A stretch of DNA of 62,207 nucleotides, counting the filler. It is 3 parts of 3 records of this genome, joined end to end, with 100 filler letters (N's around TTAATTAATTAA, not from the genome) between each part and the next. Parts side by side here need not be neighbours in the genome. Positions count along the whole stretch, not along the records: positions 25,589 to 47,229 come from DRR723986_4991; positions 47,330 to 62,207 come from DRR723986_5015; 1 more part is not named here. One strand, written 5' to 3'. The notes below the pieces were generated by a model. The model was not told the DNA's origin. It made no database searches and saw nothing but the letters and a program-made list of their open reading frames with translations. Below, piece by piece: positions 36,793 through 47,330 of this stretch. Numbering within the stretch: the first letter of the stretch is position 1; every line of letters begins with the position of its first letter. The position numbers and the translations under genes are program-made.

Positions 36793-38325
36793 TTAGGCGG
36801 GAAGGCTGACCGCATCAAGGATGGATCCGTTTTGGACGAGTTCGAGGACGGCGGCAACATCATCGTGAAGGATTCTGTCGGCATCCAGGAAGCTGACTTT
36901 TGAACGGATGGTGGCGTGTACGGCCTCGATGGAGTCACTGGATTTGAGCGGCCGCAGAAAATCGATTCCTTGTGCGGCACAGAGCAGTTCAATTGCGAGA
37001 ACCTTCTCAAGGTTATCCACGACTTTGAGTGCTTTACGTGCGGAGATTGAGCCCATTGAGTTGTGGTCTTCCTGGTTGGCGGATGTGGGGATCGAGTCGA
37101 CGCTGGCGGGATGTGCCAGGACTTTGTTTTCGGATACAATTGACGCAGCATTATACTGGGCAATCATGAATCCCGAGTGCAGCCCACCTTTGTCAACGGG
37201 CACAAGAAAGCGCGGAAGACCGCTCAAAGCGCCATTTACCAGGCGTTCGGTACGACGTTCAGAGATATTGGCAAGCTCGGCACAGCTGATCGTCAGAAAG
37301 TCAAGCGCGAGTGCGAGCGGCTGGCCGTGGAAGTTGCCGCCTTCGATGTGCCGGCGCTCATCCGGCAGGATCAGCGGATTATCATTAACAGAGTTAATTT
37401 CAATGCCGATGACACCCAGGACGTAGTTGATTGCATCGCGCGAAGCGCCGTGCACCTGTGGCATGCAACGGATGGAGTAGGCGTCCTGTACCTTCTCATC
37501 ATTTTCTCTGTGTGACTCGCGAATCGCGCTGTTGCGCATCAGGTGCCGCAGGTTGGCGGCAGTAGTTTTTTGACCTGCGTAGCCGCGCAGTTCCTGCAGG
37601 CGTGGGTCAAAAGCGTTGTCGGTACCACGCAGGGCTTCGGTACTCATGGCGCCGGCGATATCGGCAACATCGGCCAGGCGGCATGCTTTGGTGACGGCGA
37701 GGGAGCCCATGGAGCTCATCATCTGCGTACCATTGATCATGGCCAGACCTTCTTTGGCCTGCAACTTAATTGGCTTGATGCTGTGTTTGGCCAGTACGTC
37801 GGCCGACGGTTGCAGCTGTCCGTCTACGAGGCAGCGGCCCAGGCCAAGAATACAAAGTGCGATGTGCGAGAGTTGGACAAGGTCTCCGGAGCTGCCGACA
37901 GAGCCCTGCTCAGGTACGGCGGGAATAATGCCTGCATTAAAGACCTGCATGAGTGTATCGAGCGTTTCAATGCGGATACCTGAACATCCGCGCGCCAGAG
38001 CATTTACGCGCAGGAGGATCATCGCGCGCACGACTTCAGCAGACAAATAACCGCCGGTACCGACGGCATGTGAGGTGATCAGGTTTTTCTGTAAGTCTTC
38101 GAGTTGGTGTGCATCGATGCGCACGTTGGCAAACTCACCAAAGCCGGTGGTAACGCCGTAGATGACTTTACCTTCGAGAACCCAATCTTCAATTATGGAC
38201 CGGGAATGATTTACGGCTTTGCGGGCCTCTTCGGTAAGCGCCAGGGTTGTAGTGCGGTCGTGAGCAGCGCGGGCCACATCATCTGGGACTAGGGACATTC
38301 CATCAAGCAGCAGTTCGGCAGCCAT
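36793..38325 (-). CDS. hutH: Histidine ammonia-lyase
   Basis: YGVTTGFG, LITSH (HAL-type SH), GSVGSSGDL, KEGLAMING, QDAYSIRC, GGNFHG, NQEDHNSMG. Confidence 0.9.
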   Translation of the reverse strand: MAAELLLDGMSLVPDDVARAAHDRTTTLALTEEARKAVNHSRSIIEDWVLEGKVIYGVTTGFGEFANVRIDAHQLEDLQKNLITSHAVGTGGYLSAEVVRAMILLRVNALARGCSGIRIETLDTLMQVFNAGIIPAVPEQGSVGSSGDLVQLSHIALCILGLGRCLVDGQLQPSADVLAKHSIKPIKLQAKEGLAMINGTQMMSSMGSLAVTKACRLADVADIAGAMSTEALRGTDNAFDPRLQELRGYAGQKTTAANLRHLMRNSAIRESHRENDEKVQDAYSIRCMPQVHGASRDAINYVLGVIGIEINSVNDNPLILPDERRHIEGGNFHGQPLALALDFLTISCAELANISERRTERLVNGALSGLPRFLVPVDKGGLHSGFMIAQYNAASIVSENKVLAHPASVDSIPTSANQEDHNSMGSISARKALKVVDNLEKVLAIELLCAAQGIDFLRPLKSSDSIEAVHATIRSKVSFLDADRILHDDVAAVLELVQNGSILDAVSLPA

Positions 38326-38474
38326 ACTATTTCCGTTTTATCAAATTAGTGTCAGTTCAGGAATATCGCAGACGCGCCAGACAGGCACATCAAATTTGTT
38401 GCTGCCTGGCGCGGGGACTTCAGACATGAGCGAAGCTGAGGCCTGAAGTCGTACAGATTTATCGATTAGCGTGT

Positions 38475-39353
38475 TCAGGCGTCGATCAGGCGCGCCAGCT
38501 TGGCGCGGAACTCACGCATTTCACGCTTGGAGAGGCCGTGAGCTTTGAGTTCATCGTCTTTAACATTCTCAATCGCTTCCGGGCTCAGCATGCTGCGGAT
38601 GGCATCTTTTTCGGCACGCGAAAAGTAGATTGAGTTAAGACGGTAGTCTGCGAATGCCTCGTAGGCTACCGGCGTCACGGCTTTGACGATTTCCGCCATG
38701 GCATCGCCATAGACGCGGATTTCGTGCTGGGCGTGATCATCCATGCGCAGGCGCAGGAAATGGAAGAGGTTGTGCAGGTCAATTTTCCAGTACCATTCTG
38801 TGTACATGGAGAGTGGCAGATTGATACGCGCAAGTTCGCGTGCCAGGTCCTGTTCCAGCAATTCTTCGTATTGCTCGTAGGAGCGCCGCTGGAAGTCCTG
38901 CAGTGAGCCGCGAATCTTCTCGGCGGATTCAGCCGGGAAGGCTTCTTCGCTTCGTCCCTGGCGGTTCGCGCGGCTCTGCGGGCGGATTTGTGCTGCATCC
39001 GGGACGTAGAACTCGTCACTCATAACGGAGTAGCGGCCGCTGTATTCGTTGACATTGGCGGTGCGGTGCCGGATCCATTGGCGCGCAACAAAAATGGGCA
39101 ACTTTATGTGAAACTTTAACTCTACCATCTCAAATGGTGTCGTATGAGCATGACGCATGAGGTATCTGATCAATCCGCGATCTTCGTGTACGCGTTTTGT
39201 GCCTGCGCCGTAGGACACGCGTGCGGCCTGAACGATGGCATCATCGCTGCCCATGTAGTCTACTAATCGGACAAATCCTTTGTCCAAACAATCAATACGT
39301 GTGCCCTTGAGCGATTCAGCGGAGGGACCGGGCTGTTGTTCGTTTTGTTCCAT
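38475..39353 (-). CDS. thyX: FAD-dependent thymidylate synthase
   Basis: AARVSY, HTTPFE, ARQWIRHRTANVNEYSGRY (RHRx7S), AQHEIR. Confidence 0.95.
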   Translation of the reverse strand: MEQNEQQPGPSAESLKGTRIDCLDKGFVRLVDYMGSDDAIVQAARVSYGAGTKRVHEDRGLIRYLMRHAHTTPFEMVELKFHIKLPIFVARQWIRHRTANVNEYSGRYSVMSDEFYVPDAAQIRPQSRANRQGRSEEAFPAESAEKIRGSLQDFQRRSYEQYEELLEQDLARELARINLPLSMYTEWYWKIDLHNLFHFLRLRMDDHAQHEIRVYGDAMAEIVKAVTPVAYEAFADYRLNSIYFSRAEKDAIRSMLSPEAIENVKDDELKAHGLSKREMREFRAKLARLIDA

Positions 39354-39580
39354 GCGTCTAAAGAAGGAGTTGAGATTGAAGCTCTTAGCGTGGATCGGCG
39401 GAAGCAATCGATCCCCACAACCAATTTTTCAGGCATTACGACGTTTTCACATCGTAGCATTCCCGTGCAAACGTGCAAGATACTATTTTCCGCGGATGCG
39501 GACCCTGCATTTCTCGTTCATTTTTGGGCTGTTGCACATTCATCAGCCAAATGCTGTTTTCACGTGAATCCTGCTTGACG

Positions 39581-39588
39581 TAGCTTTG
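39581..39588 (+). promoter_or_regulatory. Bacteroidota-type -7 element TAGCTTTG upstream of bamD
   Basis: Exact TAnnTTTG 6 nt before ATG 39595. This implies a very short leader, or use of the later ATG at 39640. Confidence 0.5.
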
Positions 39589-39594
39589 CATATT

Positions 39595-40407
39595 ATGATC
39601 TATCTCCAACGACTCTCTCCGGCGCTGCGAACAGGTGGCATGTTAGCACTTGCCATGCTGCTCTCCCTGCTAGTCTTTTCCTGTGGTTCTTCGCGACTCG
39701 ATGAAAAACGCGCGAGTGCTGAAGAGCTGTATACACGTGCAATGGAATACTTTGAGGACGAGGATTGGCTGGAAGCCCGCCGCGTGTTTAATGTCATCAG
39801 CCTGCAGCACCCGGCCAGCGACTATGCCGACGATGCCGATTACAATTTGGCGCGCATTCATTTTGAGCGCGGTGAGTTTATTCTGGCGGCCTTCAAATTT
39901 TCGTCGGTCTACCGCTCTTATCCGCGTAGCGAGCTGGTGCGCAGTGCGCACTTCCAGGAAGCGATGTGCTACTACAAGCTCTCACCTTCCTTTAACCGCG
40001 ATCAGTCCTACACGCAGCAGGCGATCATGAAGCTGGCGGAATATCAGGCGCTTTTTCCGGGTGACGAAAATTTTATTGAGTGCACGGAATTAATTGCTGA
40101 GCTGCGCGAAAAGTTGGGCAAGCGCGAATATGAAACCGCGATTCTGTACAACAAAATGCGCCTGCGCGGCGCTTCAATTGTGTACTATGATGCAGTGATC
40201 GACAATTACTTCGATACATCGTATCTGGAGCCTGCTTTCCTGGGCAAGCTGCAGTCCCTGATGATTTTAGAGCGCTATGACGAAGCACGTGAGACCGTGC
40301 GAATTTACCGCAAGCGATTTCCGTCCGGTGAATTGCTGGAAGACATTAACGACATCGGTGAAGAAATCGATGAACGCCTGACTTTAAGAGAGGAAGTTGA
40401 TAAATGA
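39595..40407 (+). CDS. bamD: Outer membrane protein assembly factor BamD
   Basis: Lipobox VFSC; TPR helices; YP.S, DQSYT..A and YY...I..Y.DT pattern. Confidence 0.88.
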   Translation: MIYLQRLSPALRTGGMLALAMLLSLLVFSCGSSRLDEKRASAEELYTRAMEYFEDEDWLEARRVFNVISLQHPASDYADDADYNLARIHFERGEFILAAFKFSSVYRSYPRSELVRSAHFQEAMCYYKLSPSFNRDQSYTQQAIMKLAEYQALFPGDENFIECTELIAELREKLGKREYETAILYNKMRLRGASIVYYDAVIDNYFDTSYLEPAFLGKLQSLMILERYDEARETVRIYRKRFPSGELLEDINDIGEEIDERLTLREEVDK

Positions 40408-40919
40408 GCCATATGCACACGCGCAAACCCAAAGACTCCAGCGTAGAGATGACTGAACTGGTGCTGCCGAACGATACAAATCAGTTGGGCAATCTGCTTG
40501 GCGGTCGCCTTATGCATTGGATTGACATTGCAGCCGCTATGGTAGCAATGCGCCATTCCAGCAAGGTTTGTGTAACGGCTTCCGTAGATGAAATTGATTT
40601 TTTTGAGCCGATTAAATTGGGCCACGTTGTTACACTTAAGGCCTGTATTAATCGAGCATTTAACACTTCGCTGGAAGTCGGAGTGCGGGTTATTCGCGAA
40701 GATCCAATGAATAACTCCTGTGTGCACACCAGCACCGCCTACTTAACATTTGTGGCGATTGACAATTACGGCAAACCGCTCAAAGTGCCACAGTTGACGG
40801 TTGAGACCGAAGATGAGAAGCGCCGCTACAACGAAGCCGCATTGCGCCGTGAACAGCGTTTGCGCCATCGTGAGATGTTAAGATCTCTGCGCGCCGAAGG
40901 TGCACATAAGGACTCTTAA
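40404..40919 (+). CDS. Acyl-CoA thioesterase (hotdog fold, YciA-like)
   Basis: VLPNDTN..GNLLGG.LMHWID, VTASVD.IDF, SLEVGV, FVAID. Confidence 0.92.
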   Translation: MSHMHTRKPKDSSVEMTELVLPNDTNQLGNLLGGRLMHWIDIAAAMVAMRHSSKVCVTASVDEIDFFEPIKLGHVVTLKACINRAFNTSLEVGVRVIREDPMNNSCVHTSTAYLTFVAIDNYGKPLKVPQLTVETEDEKRRYNEAALRREQRLRHREMLRSLRAEGAHKDS

Positions 40920-40942
40920 CAAACGTTCGCCTGTAAATTTGC

Positions 40943-40966
40943 CGGAGCTGAAGTATTTCAGCTCCG
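40943..40966. other. Perfect 10-bp intergenic stem-loop without U-tract
   Basis: CGGAGCTGAA-gtat-TTCAGCTCCG between the thioesterase gene and acs. Confidence 0.5.
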
Positions 40967-41070
40967 CCTGCCGATTGGATTTCCGCAAGGCGATTCGCAT
41001 ATTTGGTTTTCGGTTAGCGCCGATTGCACAGTCCTCGATTTGTCCTTCTAGACCGAACCATTGATGCTCT

Positions 41071-43134
41071 ATGAGTGCTTCCAAACGTGGCGCGAAACGT
41101 TCTACACCTACCACATCCAGCTCAAAAAAAGCAAGCAAAAGTACGGCTTCCGCTGCCGCAGAATCATTCGATTCTGTGATGCAGGAAGAGCGATGGGTAC
41201 TGCCTGATTCGGCGGCGGCGCAGCACGGTACTTTCTCCAGCCTCAAAAAATTGCAGAGCTACAGCAAAAAAGCGCAGCGTGACCCGCAGGCTTTTTGGGC
41301 CGACCGTGCCGGTGAGCTGGAATGGTTTAAGCCGTGGAATTCGGTGCTGGAATGGAAGTATCCGCGTGCAAAATGGTTTAGCGGCGGTAAACTCAACGTC
41401 TCGCACAATTGCATCGACCGGCATCTGCAAACCTGGCGCCGTAATAAAGCCGCAATCGTCTGGGAAGGCGAGCCCGGCGATGTGCGTACCCTGACCTATC
41501 AACAGTTGCATCGCGAAGTATGCCGCTGTGCCAATGGCCTCAAGAAGTTGGGCGTCAAGCGCGGTGATGTGGTCGCGATCTACATGGGCATGATTCCCGA
41601 GGCAGCGATTGCCATGCTGGCCTGTGCGCGCATTGGTGCAACACATAACGTGGTCTTCGGTGGGTTCTCCGCCGACGCGCTGCGCGAGCGGATTGTCGAT
41701 TCAAATGCCGTCTGTGTGATTACGCAGGATGCAGCCTGGCGGCGCGGTACGCATGTGCCGCTCAAAGACGCTGTTGATGCTGCGGTCAAAGGCCTCAAAC
41801 ACGTGGCGAATGTCCTGGTTGTGCAGCGTACCGGCACAGAAGTAGCCATGCGCAAGCGCCGCGACCACTGGTGGCACGAAGTTGTGGCGGATGTGGCTGA
41901 CGACTGTAAGGCTGCCTCGCTTGGGGCTGAGCATCCGCTGTTCATTCTGTACACCAGTGGATCAACCGGCAAACCCAAAGGCATTTTGCACACTACCGGT
42001 GGTTACCTCACGCAGGCGACCTATACCAGCAAAGTTGTCTTTGACCTGCAGGAAGATGATTTGTATTTCTGTACGGCCGACGTCGGTTGGATCACCGGGC
42101 ACAGTTACATCGTCTATGGCCCGTTGAGTAATGGCGCGTCAATTTTCATGTATGAAGGTGCGCCGAATCATCCGGGACCGGATCGTTTTTGGTCGATGAT
42201 CGCAAAACATCGCATTTCAATTTTTTATACCGCTCCAACGGCCATTCGCGCATTTATGAAGTGGGGCGATCAACATCCGGCCAAACACGATCTGTCTTCA
42301 CTGCGCATTCTGGGTACGGTCGGTGAACCGATCAACCCCGAAGCCTGGATGTGGTATCACAAACACATTGGTGGCGGTCGCTGCCCGATCGTCGATACCT
42401 GGTGGCAAACTGAGACCGGCTCGATCATGGTCTCGCCGATTCCGAACGTCACACCTATGAAACCCGGCACAGCTACGCGGCCGCTGCCCGGTATCGATGC
42501 CGATGTAGTGCGGCGCGACGGCACACCCTGTAAAGCGGATGAAGGTGGTTATCTGGTGGTGAAACATCCCTGGCCTTCAATGCTGCGAACAGTGTATGGC
42601 GATTACAAACGCTACAAGTCTACCTATTGGAGTGAATTTCCACCGAGCAAAGATGGCCGTCCGGCCTATTACTTTACCGGTGATGGCGCCCGGCGCGATA
42701 AGGACGGTTATGTCTGGATCATGGGCCGTGTGGATGACGTTGTTAACGTGAGCGGCCACCGCCTGGGAACAGCTGAAATTGAAAGTGCGCTGGTCTCGCA
42801 TGCGCGTGTTGCTGAAGCCGCCGTAGTGGCCCGTCCAGACGACATCAAGGGGAATGCGCTCGTGGCTTACGTCACTCTGCGCGGTGCAAAAACTGAATCG
42901 GCAGGCCGCCTTAAAAAATTGACGGCTGAGTTGCGTGCGCATGTCGGTGACGAAATTGGCCAAATTGCCAAGCCGGATGACATTCGTTTTACTGAGGCAC
43001 TTCCCAAAACGCGCAGCGGTAAAATTATGCGGCGTTTGCTGCGTGAGCTGGCTGCCGGCGGCGCAATCAGTGGTGATACCAGTACATTGGAAGATTTTGC
43101 CGTGCTTGAGAATTTGCGCGAAGACGAGGATTAA
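41071..43134 (+). CDS. acs: Acetyl-CoA synthetase (AMP-forming)
   Basis: [60 protein letters not shown]. Confidence 0.97.
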   Translation: MSASKRGAKRSTPTTSSSKKASKSTASAAAESFDSVMQEERWVLPDSAAAQHGTFSSLKKLQSYSKKAQRDPQAFWADRAGELEWFKPWNSVLEWKYPRAKWFSGGKLNVSHNCIDRHLQTWRRNKAAIVWEGEPGDVRTLTYQQLHREVCRCANGLKKLGVKRGDVVAIYMGMIPEAAIAMLACARIGATHNVVFGGFSADALRERIVDSNAVCVITQDAAWRRGTHVPLKDAVDAAVKGLKHVANVLVVQRTGTEVAMRKRRDHWWHEVVADVADDCKAASLGAEHPLFILYTSGSTGKPKGILHTTGGYLTQATYTSKVVFDLQEDDLYFCTADVGWITGHSYIVYGPLSNGASIFMYEGAPNHPGPDRFWSMIAKHRISIFYTAPTAIRAFMKWGDQHPAKHDLSSLRILGTVGEPINPEAWMWYHKHIGGGRCPIVDTWWQTETGSIMVSPIPNVTPMKPGTATRPLPGIDADVVRRDGTPCKADEGGYLVVKHPWPSMLRTVYGDYKRYKSTYWSEFPPSKDGRPAYYFTGDGARRDKDGYVWIMGRVDDVVNVSGHRLGTAEIESALVSHARVAEAAVVARPDDIKGNALVAYVTLRGAKTESAGRLKKLTAELRAHVGDEIGQIAKPDDIRFTEALPKTRSGKIMRRLLRELAAGGAISGDTSTLEDFAVLENLREDED

Positions 43135-43148
43135 GGACGGGAGCCTGC

Positions 43149-43865
43149 ATGACGATCGAGTTAGATTCTGTAAGTCTGACCTACAAACGCGAGCCATTTC
43201 CGGCGCTGAACGCCGTAAGCGAAACGTTCGACCAAAGCAAACCCTGTCTGCTGCTGGGCCCAACGGGCGCCGGCAAGACCAGTTTGATGCGCGTGTTATA
43301 TGGTGACTTGATTCCCAGCAGCGGTGTGGTGCGCGTGGACGGAGTTGACATTCACCGCATGGGCAAACGCAAACTTGCGGATATTCGGCGCCGCATGGGA
43401 ATTGTATTCCAGGACTGCAAGCTCCTCGAAGATTTAACAGTCTATGAGAATGTGCTCGTTCAGATGTATTCCGTGGGGCACAATCGCAGTGAAGCTACGC
43501 AGCGCAGCCTGCGCATTCTGGGCGAAGTCGGCATCTCGTATCTGCGCAATCGCATGCCGACGAGCTTGTCTGGTGGTGAACGCCACCTGTCGGCACTTGC
43601 GCGTGCTATCGTGCATGAGCCCGAGATGTTGTTTGCCGATGAGCCATCCAGCAATATGGATGATGAAACGATGAAAACAGTGGTGCGCATCCTAAACTGT
43701 GAGTGCGAACGTGGCTGCGGTCTGGTACTTTCGACGCATAGTCAGGCGATGCTGGATTCATTTCCGAACGCACGCCACATCTATGTGAACGAAGGCCGCC
43801 TCAGTAATATTCCTCCTGCTCCATATCTTCCAGCCAGCCCCACGCCGGACCAGTCGCATGCCTGA
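43149..43865 (+). CDS. FtsE-like ABC ATPase
   Basis: GPTGAGKT, RR.MGIVFQD, LSGGE, ADEP. No adjacent permease. Confidence 0.75.
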   Translation: MTIELDSVSLTYKREPFPALNAVSETFDQSKPCLLLGPTGAGKTSLMRVLYGDLIPSSGVVRVDGVDIHRMGKRKLADIRRRMGIVFQDCKLLEDLTVYENVLVQMYSVGHNRSEATQRSLRILGEVGISYLRNRMPTSLSGGERHLSALARAIVHEPEMLFADEPSSNMDDETMKTVVRILNCECERGCGLVLSTHSQAMLDSFPNARHIYVNEGRLSNIPPAPYLPASPTPDQSHA

Positions 43866-44646
43866 TACAAGCCCAACACTGAAAATTGCCCTGATTGGTT
43901 ATGGTGTTATGGGGCGTCTGATTGAGAGTCTGGCAGACCAGCACAACTGCCAGGTTACCGCCATTTTCGACGCAAATCACGGCGAAAAACAATCAGTGCA
44001 GGATTTTGCACAAAATTTTGGCAGGGATACTGAGCAAGATCCTGAGCGCCACTTTGACGTTGCAATTGATTTCTCGCTGCCGCATGCCGTGCTGGACAAT
44101 GTAGCGGGCCTGGCGCAGCTGGGGTATCCCATGGTTATTGGCACGACCGGATGGGACGCACAGCGCGGAGAAATAGAAAAACTAGTACGTGCGGCCAATC
44201 TGGGATGCATCTACGGCTCCAATTTCTCAATCGGCATGAATATGTTCTTTGAGATCGTGCGCCAGGCATCGTCACTGGCTGAGCGCCATGAAGACTATGA
44301 TTTGATGTTGCACGAGTTTCACCATCGGCGCAAGGCCGACAGTCCCAGCGGCACAGCCAATGAGTTGGCACGCATCGTTCTGGAACAAATTGAGCGCAAA
44401 CAATCGGTCCAGGGGGAACGCTGTGATGGGCCAATCGGTGCAAGTGAGCTACATGTAAGTTCCACGCGCGGCGGTGACATTCCGGGTACACATACACTGA
44501 TAATTGACTCTGCGGCCGACAGTATAGAGTTAACACATCGCGCCCGCAACCGCGAGGGGTTTGCGCATGGAGCTTTGCGCGCCGCGCGCTGGATCTCAGG
44601 AAAAACTGGCTTCCACGATTTTAGCCAAATCTTTACGCAGCTTTGA
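43858..44646 (+). CDS. dapB: 4-hydroxy-tetrahydrodipicolinate reductase
   Basis: GYGVMG, IDFS, GTTGW, NFSIG, EFHHRRKADSPSGTA, HRARNR.GFA.GA. Confidence 0.95.
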   Translation: MPDTSPTLKIALIGYGVMGRLIESLADQHNCQVTAIFDANHGEKQSVQDFAQNFGRDTEQDPERHFDVAIDFSLPHAVLDNVAGLAQLGYPMVIGTTGWDAQRGEIEKLVRAANLGCIYGSNFSIGMNMFFEIVRQASSLAERHEDYDLMLHEFHHRRKADSPSGTANELARIVLEQIERKQSVQGERCDGPIGASELHVSSTRGGDIPGTHTLIIDSAADSIELTHRARNREGFAHGALRAARWISGKTGFHDFSQIFTQL

Positions 44647-44712
44647 TTCGGTGAAAATGTTAATTAACAGTTTGCCGCGATCTTTTCACGATTTGCCAAC
44701 GGAATTCCAAGA

Positions 44713-47025
44713 ATGAAACGAGTTAGGCTAAAACCCACTCAAGCCGGAGATAGGGCTGGTGCTGCCTCTGCCAATACATTGTTGACCGGACTTAACGAGG
44801 ATCAACGCAGAGCTGTTGAACACAGTGGCGGACCTCTGTTGATTCTGGCCGGTGCCGGTAGTGGTAAGACGCGTGCATTAACATATAGAATTGCCTATCT
44901 GATCAGTCAGGGTGTTAAACCCTGGAATATCCTGGCACTGACGTTCACCAATAAGGCTGCGGCCGAAATGCGCGAACGCATCTCACATCTTGTAGGCGCC
45001 GAAGCCGCCGGCAAGATTTGGGCAGGTACCTTCCACTCAATCTTTGCACGCATTTTACGCCGAGAGGCCGACAAGCTGGGTTATACTTCGTCGTTCTCGA
45101 TTCACGATGGTGAGGACCAGCTAAACCTGATTAAATCGATCATGTCTCTGGAAGGTATCTCAACCCAGGAACATCCACCGCAGGCAATTCGTTCGGCAAT
45201 ATCATCCGCCAAAAACACGCTGACGCCCTGGGAAGAATACACGCGCAATGCCGATTCGATATTTGAAAAACAGGCCGGAATGGTCTATAAGGCATATGAG
45301 CAAAGCCTGCGCCGCAGCAATGCGATGGACTTCGATGATTTGTTAATTAACATTATCCGCTTGTTTGAAGTTGATCCTGAGTCTCTGGAGCGTTATCGCG
45401 ATCGTTTTCAACATGTGCTCGTAGATGAGTATCAGGATACCAATAAACCGCAGTATAAAGCTGTTAAGATGCTGGCCTGGAAACATCGCAACCTAAGTGT
45501 TGTCGGCGATGATGCTCAGAGTATCTACCGCTGGCGCGGCGCTGATATCGAGAACATTTTAACATTTGAGACTGACTTTTCCGACGCACAAGTTGTCCGC
45601 CTGGAGCAAAACTACCGTTCGACCAAACGCATTCTGGCGGCTGCCAATGACGTAATTGTTAACAATCGCCGCCAGCTCAAAAAAGAGCTGTGGACCGATA
45701 ACCCCGACGGCGACCCCATTTACATGCGCCGCTGCCGCGATGAACGCGAAGAAGCTTCAGCAGTCGTCGAAGCCATTAAGGCCAATCGATCTGAGCACGG
45801 ACTGCTGAATAGCGATTGTGCCGTATTGTACCGAATTAACGCCCAGTCGCAAGTCTTGGAAGACGCCCTGCGTTCGGCCAATATCCCATACCGCATCGTT
45901 GGTGGGGTTAGCTTTTATAAGCGCAAGGAAGTTAAAGATACAATTGCCTATCTTAAACTTTTGGTTAACCCGCGCGATAGCGAAAGCCTGCTGCGTGTGA
46001 TTAACGAGCCGGCCCGCGGAATTGGTAAAACTACGCTTGGGCGATTAACGCGATTTGCGCAGGATCAGAATCTTTCTGTGTTTGAAGCCTGTAATGCCGT
46101 CGAACATGTCCCGCATTTGCAAAAACGGGCACGCACGGCCATTCAGGAGTTTGCGCGTTTTGTGCGCACGCATATCGATCTTGCTGCAGAAATGCCCGCC
46201 GATCAATTGGCGCGGACTTACATCGACGAAAGTAAGCTCCTGCAGTATTATTCGGATGCCGGTGGTGAGGACAGCCTGGACCGCTGGAACAACATTCAGC
46301 GTGTAATCTCACATATCGCCGAGTTCATGCAGAATCGTCCGGATGCGACACTGGCCGACTATCTTCAGGAAGTTGCGCTTGTAGACGACACGGAGCAGAT
46401 GGCCGAGTCGGATGACATGGTGACGCTGATGACGATGCACGGCGCCAAAGGCCTTGAGTTTCCGGTAGTCTGTGTTGTTGGCCTCGAAAAAGGGCTGTTT
46501 CCGCTCTCGCGTGCCGAGCAGGACCCGGATGAGTTGGAGGAAGAGCGCCGCCTGTTTTATGTTGCGATTACGCGCGCCAAGCAGCGTGTGTACATCTCTC
46601 ATTGTGAGCGCCGCTATCGTTTTGGTGAGTTATCTTACCCTATGCCTTCAGGGTTTCTGGATGAAATCAGACCCGAGTTGGTTGAAAAAACGGTTAATGG
46701 CAGGCCGCAAAGTTCGGGTGGCAATGCGCACAATTATCGTGCCGCACGCCCCGGCGATCGTCCCAGGCGTCAACCTGCTCAGGAGACCGTTTTTGACGAT
46801 ATTCCGTCCGCTGGAGAAGAAGATTATTCACAGATTCCGCCGGAGGAATCTGCGCCGACAGGCAAAATTCGCACGGGTATACGCGTAGCTCACAAAACCT
46901 TTGGTGAGGGCCAGGTCTTGCGAGTTGCCGGTAGCGGGGATGGACGCCGCGCGATTGTTCGCTTTAAGTCTGTTGGCGAAAAAACTCTTTTGCTCAAGTA
47001 CGCCAAGCTGCAGCCGCTGTCCTGA
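44713..47025 (+). CDS. pcrA: UvrD/PcrA superfamily 1 DNA helicase
   Basis: AGAGSGKT, TFTNKAA, DEYQD, GDDAQSIY, QNYRS, HGAKGLEF, EERRLFYVAITRA, and a C-terminal V.H..FG.G Tudor-like domain. Confidence 0.93.
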   Translation: MKRVRLKPTQAGDRAGAASANTLLTGLNEDQRRAVEHSGGPLLILAGAGSGKTRALTYRIAYLISQGVKPWNILALTFTNKAAAEMRERISHLVGAEAAGKIWAGTFHSIFARILRREADKLGYTSSFSIHDGEDQLNLIKSIMSLEGISTQEHPPQAIRSAISSAKNTLTPWEEYTRNADSIFEKQAGMVYKAYEQSLRRSNAMDFDDLLINIIRLFEVDPESLERYRDRFQHVLVDEYQDTNKPQYKAVKMLAWKHRNLSVVGDDAQSIYRWRGADIENILTFETDFSDAQVVRLEQNYRSTKRILAAANDVIVNNRRQLKKELWTDNPDGDPIYMRRCRDEREEASAVVEAIKANRSEHGLLNSDCAVLYRINAQSQVLEDALRSANIPYRIVGGVSFYKRKEVKDTIAYLKLLVNPRDSESLLRVINEPARGIGKTTLGRLTRFAQDQNLSVFEACNAVEHVPHLQKRARTAIQEFARFVRTHIDLAAEMPADQLARTYIDESKLLQYYSDAGGEDSLDRWNNIQRVISHIAEFMQNRPDATLADYLQEVALVDDTEQMAESDDMVTLMTMHGAKGLEFPVVCVVGLEKGLFPLSRAEQDPDELEEERRLFYVAITRAKQRVYISHCERRYRFGELSYPMPSGFLDEIRPELVEKTVNGRPQSSGGNAHNYRAARPGDRPRRQPAQETVFDDIPSAGEEDYSQIPPEESAPTGKIRTGIRVAHKTFGEGQVLRVAGSGDGRRAIVRFKSVGEKTLLLKYAKLQPLS

Positions 47026-47062
47026 CGTGGCGAGTTTTGGCGGTGTTTGTAGATAGTTTGAT

Positions 47063-47097
47063 AGCGCGCGGAGAAGCAATTTCTTCGCGCGTTTTTT
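47063..47097 (+). terminator. Rho-independent terminator after pcrA
   Basis: AGCGCGCGGAGAA-gcaat-TTCTTCGCGCGTT followed by a T run. Confidence 0.8.
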
Positions 47098-47229
47098 GTT
47101 TCTGCACCCGACATTGTTTAACACTTAAACTCGAAACTCCGGCCGTTTACCGGAGATTGCTGTCCGTTCACGAATTAACTTTTGCATAGGTGTGTATACT
47201 GTTTGCATCTTGTATTTGTTAACCTCCGG

Positions 47230-47329
47230 NNNNNNNNNNNNNNNNNNNNNNNNNNNNNNNNNNNNNNNNNNNNTTAATTAATTAANNNNNNNNNNNNNNN
47301 NNNNNNNNNNNNNNNNNNNNNNNNNNNNN
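47230..47329. other. Artificial contig spacer (44 N + TTAATTAATTAA + 44 N)
   Basis: Same linker as at 25489-25588. Confidence 0.99.
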
Positions 47330-47330
47330 C

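Noticed and set aside
38475..39353. thyX as a prophage marker
   Set aside because: Flanked only by housekeeping genes (hutH, bamD); no phage genes.
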